From a virus (lineage: Duplodnaviria > Caudoviricetes), in IMG/VR virus record IMGVR_UViG_3300020045_005087, positions 1 to 37,949 of that record: a stretch of DNA of 37,949 nt; one strand, given 5' to 3'. A program made the translations under genes and the position numbers. Below the pieces are notes generated by a model that searched no databases, was not told the origin of the DNA, and saw only the letters and a program-made list of their open reading frames with translations. Of this stretch, positions 33,548-37,949 are shown one piece after another; position 1 is the stretch's first letter, and each line of letters starts with the position of its first letter.

Positions 33548-33731
33548 GCCCTGTCCCAACCTCCGAAGGACTATTTTAAAAGGACTTATGGCCGCGCGGA
33601 CAGCTAGATATAGGGTTGATGTTTTTTGCAAGGTAGGGCCAGCACTTCATGGCCTTGCAAAAGATAAACGCATGGGACTAATATAATATTGCAAATCAAC
33701 CCGTCCGCTTTTTTAACAATGAGGAATTAAA

Positions 33732-33956
33732 ATGACGAATAAAATACAATCACAAATATTAAAGATATTGTTTAACGCGCCAAATTCAGGGATGACAACT
33801 CAAGAGATTTTTAAGCACCCGAAAAACAAAATATTTGACTATGAATCGTTGAATAAGCAGGTTATAAACCTGTGCGACAATGGACTTTTAATAAGTCAAG
33901 ACGTGAAAAATGGTAAGCATAAAATAACCCACAAAGGCATTGCTGCACTTGACTAA
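33732..33956 (+). CDS. Small winged-helix protein
   Basis: GAGG RBS; ILKIL...MTTQEI...L...V..L...GLL......HKITHKG pattern. Confidence 0.65.
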   Translation: MTNKIQSQILKILFNAPNSGMTTQEIFKHPKNKIFDYESLNKQVINLCDNGLLISQDVKNGKHKITHKGIAALD

Positions 33957-33963
33957 TATAATT

Positions 33964-34245
33964 ATGCAAAAAAATATTAAGCCGGTAAAGATAACAAAAG
34001 CCAACTCGTCTAAACAAACCATCATCGATGGGCTTATGACAGAAACTCATTGGTATAATATTTATTATGCTACTTATGAGTTCCGCTGGGACGCTATTGT
34101 CAATAGCGAGCACAGAACTGTACTTATGCCTGACAGTTGCTACCCAATCCTAACATTAGACAACCCAAAAATTGCTGAATATAGACTCCTTGCAAAAGAA
34201 GCGTTTTTAAAAGACGCAAAAAACGCCGATCTTGAGCGGATTTAA
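33964..34245 (+). CDS. Hypothetical protein; last gene of the early arm
   Basis: ATG at 33964; stop overlaps the convergent chaperone stop. Confidence 0.5.
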   Translation: MQKNIKPVKITKANSSKQTIIDGLMTETHWYNIYYATYEFRWDAIVNSEHRTVLMPDSCYPILTLDNPKIAEYRLLAKEAFLKDAKNADLERI

Positions 34246-34574
34246 GGCTTTATAAGGTCCTCAACAGTAATTCCGCTTGATGCAATCTTAGCGTCAATTT
34301 TGTCCTTTACATCTTTGATTTTTGTTTTGTCTTCACTTAGCAAAATCAAGATGCACTCGATTAAAATCGGAAGAAGCTCTACTTGTGCCTTCAAGATTTT
34401 ATCTTTTTCGTCTTTTTCAACGGCGGCTGGCGGGTCAACATAGCCTTTAGACACGCCCCCAGCCGCTTGCCACTCTAAAAAATCCTGATAGTCCTTATTC
34501 ATCGTGTCAACAGGTATCCAAGCGTTGTCCGCTGTCCGAATGATTACATTACCCAGCTTGCTGATCTCGTACAT
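34242..34574 (-). CDS. Tail-fibre assembly chaperone-like protein
   Basis: IIR.AD.AWIP.D..NKDYQ.FLEW motif; directly after the fibre gene. Confidence 0.7.
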   Translation of the reverse strand: MYEISKLGNVIIRTADNAWIPVDTMNKDYQDFLEWQAAGGVSKGYVDPPAAVEKDEKDKILKAQVELLPILIECILILLSEDKTKIKDVKDKIDAKIASSGITVEDLIKP

Positions 34575-34575
34575 A

Positions 34576-36075
34576 TTAAATCCTTGAGTTAAATTTTAAA
34601 GTTTGCCCGCCGCCCGCCGTTTGATGTGCAATAACATTGCTGCCAACGCCAACGTCATCAACTGTAAATCCGGTTCCTCCACCGCTGACAGTGGGGGTTG
34701 CACGCATCATAGTCGGGATAGGGATGTTGTTCTGAACAGAATTTACATAAATCCGATCTGTGTAAAAATATCGGTGGCATAAAGATAATTCGACAGAATA
34801 AGGCCGATCTTCGCAGCGCCATGTTGTCTCTACCGTGCCTTTTTGTATTTCAACATCAGTAATATAAAGCCCTATGTTGATTACTGACCCGCCCTCCGCT
34901 TGTGTAGAGCAAGCTAAATAATTGCCCGATTGCCACGCTCCAAGTGTAGCGGTTTTAAATGTTGACCCAGCATCAACGGTAAAAGTAAGTGACATACCCA
35001 CCGCGTTAGTAAATACCCAACCGCCAGACGCGCCATTAGCTGGGATATTAAGCTCAAAGAACTCCCAGGTGTCAGCGGCTAAAATCGTGTATTTCATTAC
35101 ACATGAATACGCAAATCCTGGGCTTTGTAGGCTGACAGAATAATCGCCTGTTGTCCTGGCATAAGCCCAAAATCGCAAAACAAAAGGCTGGCGATAAATT
35201 TCCTGGAAAACTAGCCCCTCAATACTTTGTCTTGCCCCTATATACGCACCTGCGTCAATCCCTGTTTTGCTTACAGTTGTATAAGTTTTAAGCGATGACG
35301 TTAAATGCCGCCCGGCTTGCTCGTAAGTCGGTGCCAAAGTGGCTTGCGCTTGTACTATATTGGTTAAGCCGCCGCCAAAAATCAGATTCCAACCATCCAT
35401 AGAATACCCGGCTGTTGTCGTTACAGTCGTTGTACCTTCCTGGTTTATGCTCATCAACGGGTTAATTAACAGGTTTTGACCGCTAACTTTCTGGGCAGTC
35501 AGGGGCACGCTTAGATTAACAGGGCTTAGCAATCCATACGATACCGCGCCAATACCGACAGCCAGCACCGATGCCCCGTCATTAACAACGGTTACTGTCG
35601 TAAAGCCCGTCGCATAAACAGACGACACTACGTAAGAATAAAGGTGGCTGGTTAAATAAGCTATTTTAAGCCTGGTGTAAGGGAGCAAATAAGCTGTTGC
35701 ATCGACCGGGACTTTAAACGATGTAGTGCTTATATATTCTGCCGTTAAACCAGAATCCACCCACTCACTGCCCGATGTAATCGCAGTATCATTAATGCCG
35801 GTAACATTGTAAACGTGAGTCAATGCCACGTCTGCTGATGTCGTCATGCTCAAGTCATAAGATGACTCAACTGCAAGCCAAATTGGCGCAATGGGCACGC
35901 CACGAGAATCCAGAATTACCGGATTAGTGTTGGCAACAGTGCCACTCGAATCAGCATAGACTGTTGCTGGTGTTGTTGTGCCTGCATAGTTGACGGTAAT
36001 CTTACCGCCTGAATTCGGTACGCCGTTGTTGTCGTTGTAACCGTTATAGACTGGGCTTAATTTTACTGTGGGCAT
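34576..36075 (-). CDS. Tail fibre / receptor-binding protein
   Basis: N-terminal particle-binding motif GVP.SGGKI..NYAGTTTP..VY.D......NTNPVILDSRG; NLLIN, QSIEG, RPYSVELSLCHRYF, MRATPT. Confidence 0.8.
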   Translation of the reverse strand: MPTVKLSPVYNGYNDNNGVPNSGGKITVNYAGTTTPATVYADSSGTVANTNPVILDSRGVPIAPIWLAVESSYDLSMTTSADVALTHVYNVTGINDTAITSGSEWVDSGLTAEYISTTSFKVPVDATAYLLPYTRLKIAYLTSHLYSYVVSSVYATGFTTVTVVNDGASVLAVGIGAVSYGLLSPVNLSVPLTAQKVSGQNLLINPLMSINQEGTTTVTTTAGYSMDGWNLIFGGGLTNIVQAQATLAPTYEQAGRHLTSSLKTYTTVSKTGIDAGAYIGARQSIEGLVFQEIYRQPFVLRFWAYARTTGDYSVSLQSPGFAYSCVMKYTILAADTWEFFELNIPANGASGGWVFTNAVGMSLTFTVDAGSTFKTATLGAWQSGNYLACSTQAEGGSVINIGLYITDVEIQKGTVETTWRCEDRPYSVELSLCHRYFYTDRIYVNSVQNNIPIPTMMRATPTVSGGGTGFTVDDVGVGSNVIAHQTAGGGQTLKFNSRI

Positions 36076-37837
36076 TATTGCTGTCCTCTGTTGTTTGTCA
36101 TCATGCCGCGTAAAGCCGCGCGTCCGGCAGGGTCGTTAAAATTCATGTGGCCTAAACCGTAAGTTTTCATAAGCTTGGCTGCATACTTGGGGTCCAATTC
36201 GGCTTTAGTCAGGATGGCGCTAAGCTTCTTTCCGTGCATTAATCCTGCGGCTTTAAGTGCCACATCCGACTGTGTGTACTTAGCCGCTAAATTGCCAAGG
36301 CTGGAAGCCATCCCGGCGCCTTTCTTAGTATCCATGCCCTGGATGGCGTCATTCAATAGCGAGTCTTTAACCGCTTCATTTTGTGCTGTATTGCTGCCAA
36401 CTAATGACCCTGCCTGTGTGCGCCCTCTGAGTCCTGCATGTTCCTGAGCGATGGTCAGACGTTTAATTTGCGTCGGATTAAGCTTGGTTATCGAGTCAGC
36501 CTTTAGCGCGCTATTAAGTGACCCTGACATTATCGGCTTAAGCTCGACCTGTTTACCACCAGCGTTAGAGACAATTGGCAGCCCGGTTGCTTTCTTAACC
36601 ACTTTTTGCGCTGCCTTGCCCTGCTCTATTTTACGCATTAATCGGCCCATATCCGTTGCATAAGCCCTATAACCTGGCTCAACTTCCGTTAATTTGTCGA
36701 TGGCTTTCGTGTTAAATTCGCTAAAAGCTTCTTTTGCCCGTTGGAGTGAGGCCACTTCAGGGTCAGTAAACTTGTCAGCGTGCATTTTTTCAAACAGCGA
36801 TTGTTTGATATTAACCACCTTCGAGAATGGCATTGTATCCGCATCGTCAAATCGGCTTCTGTATTCTTTTAAATGCTTAACAATCTCGTCATTGCGATCA
36901 TGATAGGCTATGGCATCATCCAAACTCTTTTTAAGCTCAGTAACGTCTACTGGTTTGTTATTGGCACGCATCGGCTTAAGGGCCCTTTGTTCTAAAGCTT
37001 TCGTTTCTTTGCTCCAGTTTTTAATTTTAGCTGTATCTCCAACCGCTTTTTCAGCATAGCCTTTAATTGCCGACATGTTTTGAAATTCTCGGTTACCAAG
37101 GTCAGTTAGGTTGTCAGCGTGTAATTTCTGGTTTCTAAGCACTGTTGATATTCCAGGATTTCCAGCAATCTCGGATGTTGTTGGCGCATAACCTTTAATC
37201 GGGATTTTAACCGTTGGCACCTTACCTGATTCAAGAATATCAGCAATGTAAGGCGCTTCGACCCCGGCAGCACGGTTAAGCGCCCTGCCTGCGACCGCAT
37301 CCATATTAGACCCAACCAAGCTTGCCGCGCCTCGCCCGGTAGCACGACCAATGCCCATCGCCATATTGGCCGCACCCACACCGATGACATTACCTGCGAC
37401 ATTCGCCGCCATCTGTACGCCTTCACCGCCGCCCATCTGTTTGACTGCTTCACTTGCGCCCTGCCCTGCCATCATGCCTGGTAACTGTTTAGCAACACCG
37501 CCAATGACGCCAGCGCCTGATTTAATCTTGCTATAACCGGCAGCAGGTAGAGCAAAACCGCCGACACCTTTCATAATTGGGGCTAACATAGCATCATTTT
37601 CGGTGGCTTTATCAAGCCCTAATTTGTCTGCAAGCGAGGTTCCATATTGCTCGGTGCTTATTTCTCTAGGTGCGTCGATAGGCGGTTGATAGCCGGTCTT
37701 GTCCTGTAAGTATCTTGGGACTATTTGGGCCGTGTTGTAAATGCTTTCTGGGATCCCGGAAACGCCCTCAATCATGCTTCGACCTGCAACCTGCGCCTTA
37801 TGCCCAAAAGTTTTAAGTGTGTCTTGTTGGCCTGGTG
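36075..37837 (-). CDS. C-terminal half of the largest ejection protein (continuation of 118-1903)
   Basis: In-frame join via the shared 45 bp; the first ~33 aa of the called 619-aa ORF come from the inverted artefact. Confidence 0.8.
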
Positions 37838-37949
37838 CGGTTGATAAAGCGGGCGGGATTCCTGATTTTAAAGAAACCAAGGGGTATGTTGCAAATGTTA
37901 TGAATACAGCCAACGCCAGCGAGGATGTAGACACTAGCGGGTGGATTGA
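37829..37949. repeat. 121-bp inverted copy of 324-444 at the right contig end (probable chimera/assembly artefact)
   Basis: Exact reverse complement; junction has the 9-bp microhomology GGCCTGGTG. Confidence 0.9.

Noticed and set aside
37838-37934. N-terminus MSTSSLALAVF... as a signal peptide of the 619-aa ORF
   Set aside because: It is the antisense translation of the SLT region created by the fold-back
1-37949. tRNA, rRNA, IS elements, host assignment
   Set aside because: None recognisable by eye; the host cannot be inferred reliably beyond a likely Gram-negative bacterium

Overview
The window is an essentially complete genome of a P22-like (short-tailed, headful-packaging) dsDNA phage. 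It closes into a 37,675-bp circle through a 45-bp direct overlap (118-162 = 37793-37837). Each contig end also carries a 121-bp inverted copy of internal sequence, most likely a chimeric-read or assembly artefact. The minus strand runs: Cro-like HTH, HNH-AP2, primase, VRR-NUC, helicase, iteron origin, small genes, lysis genes, terS/terL, portal, a four-gene fibre-like block, scaffold, major capsid protein (MCP), decoration proteins, gp4/gp10-like tail parts, three ejection proteins, tail fibre and chaperone. A short plus-strand early arm carries a pentapeptide-repeat protein, RecE-like nuclease, Bet, GIY-YIG and small genes. No integrase or CI repressor is visible. The strongest candidate for a new system lies directly behind the capsid gene: three paralogous decoration-like domains separated by terminators, the third fused to a 1199-aa chain of FN3-FN3-P-domain-FN3-PL9 lyase-CE12 acetylesterase with intact catalytic motifs, i.e. 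a putative capsid-displayed two-enzyme pectin/EPS-degrading module. Other highlights are synonymously recoded scaffold and capsid fragments upstream of the MCP gene, an ART + transglycosylase ejection protein split across the contig ends, two kissing-loop RNA leaders in front of accessory genes, and an uncalled 21-aa peptide with a precursor-like layout. All family assignments come from motif recognition by eye; no database search was run.
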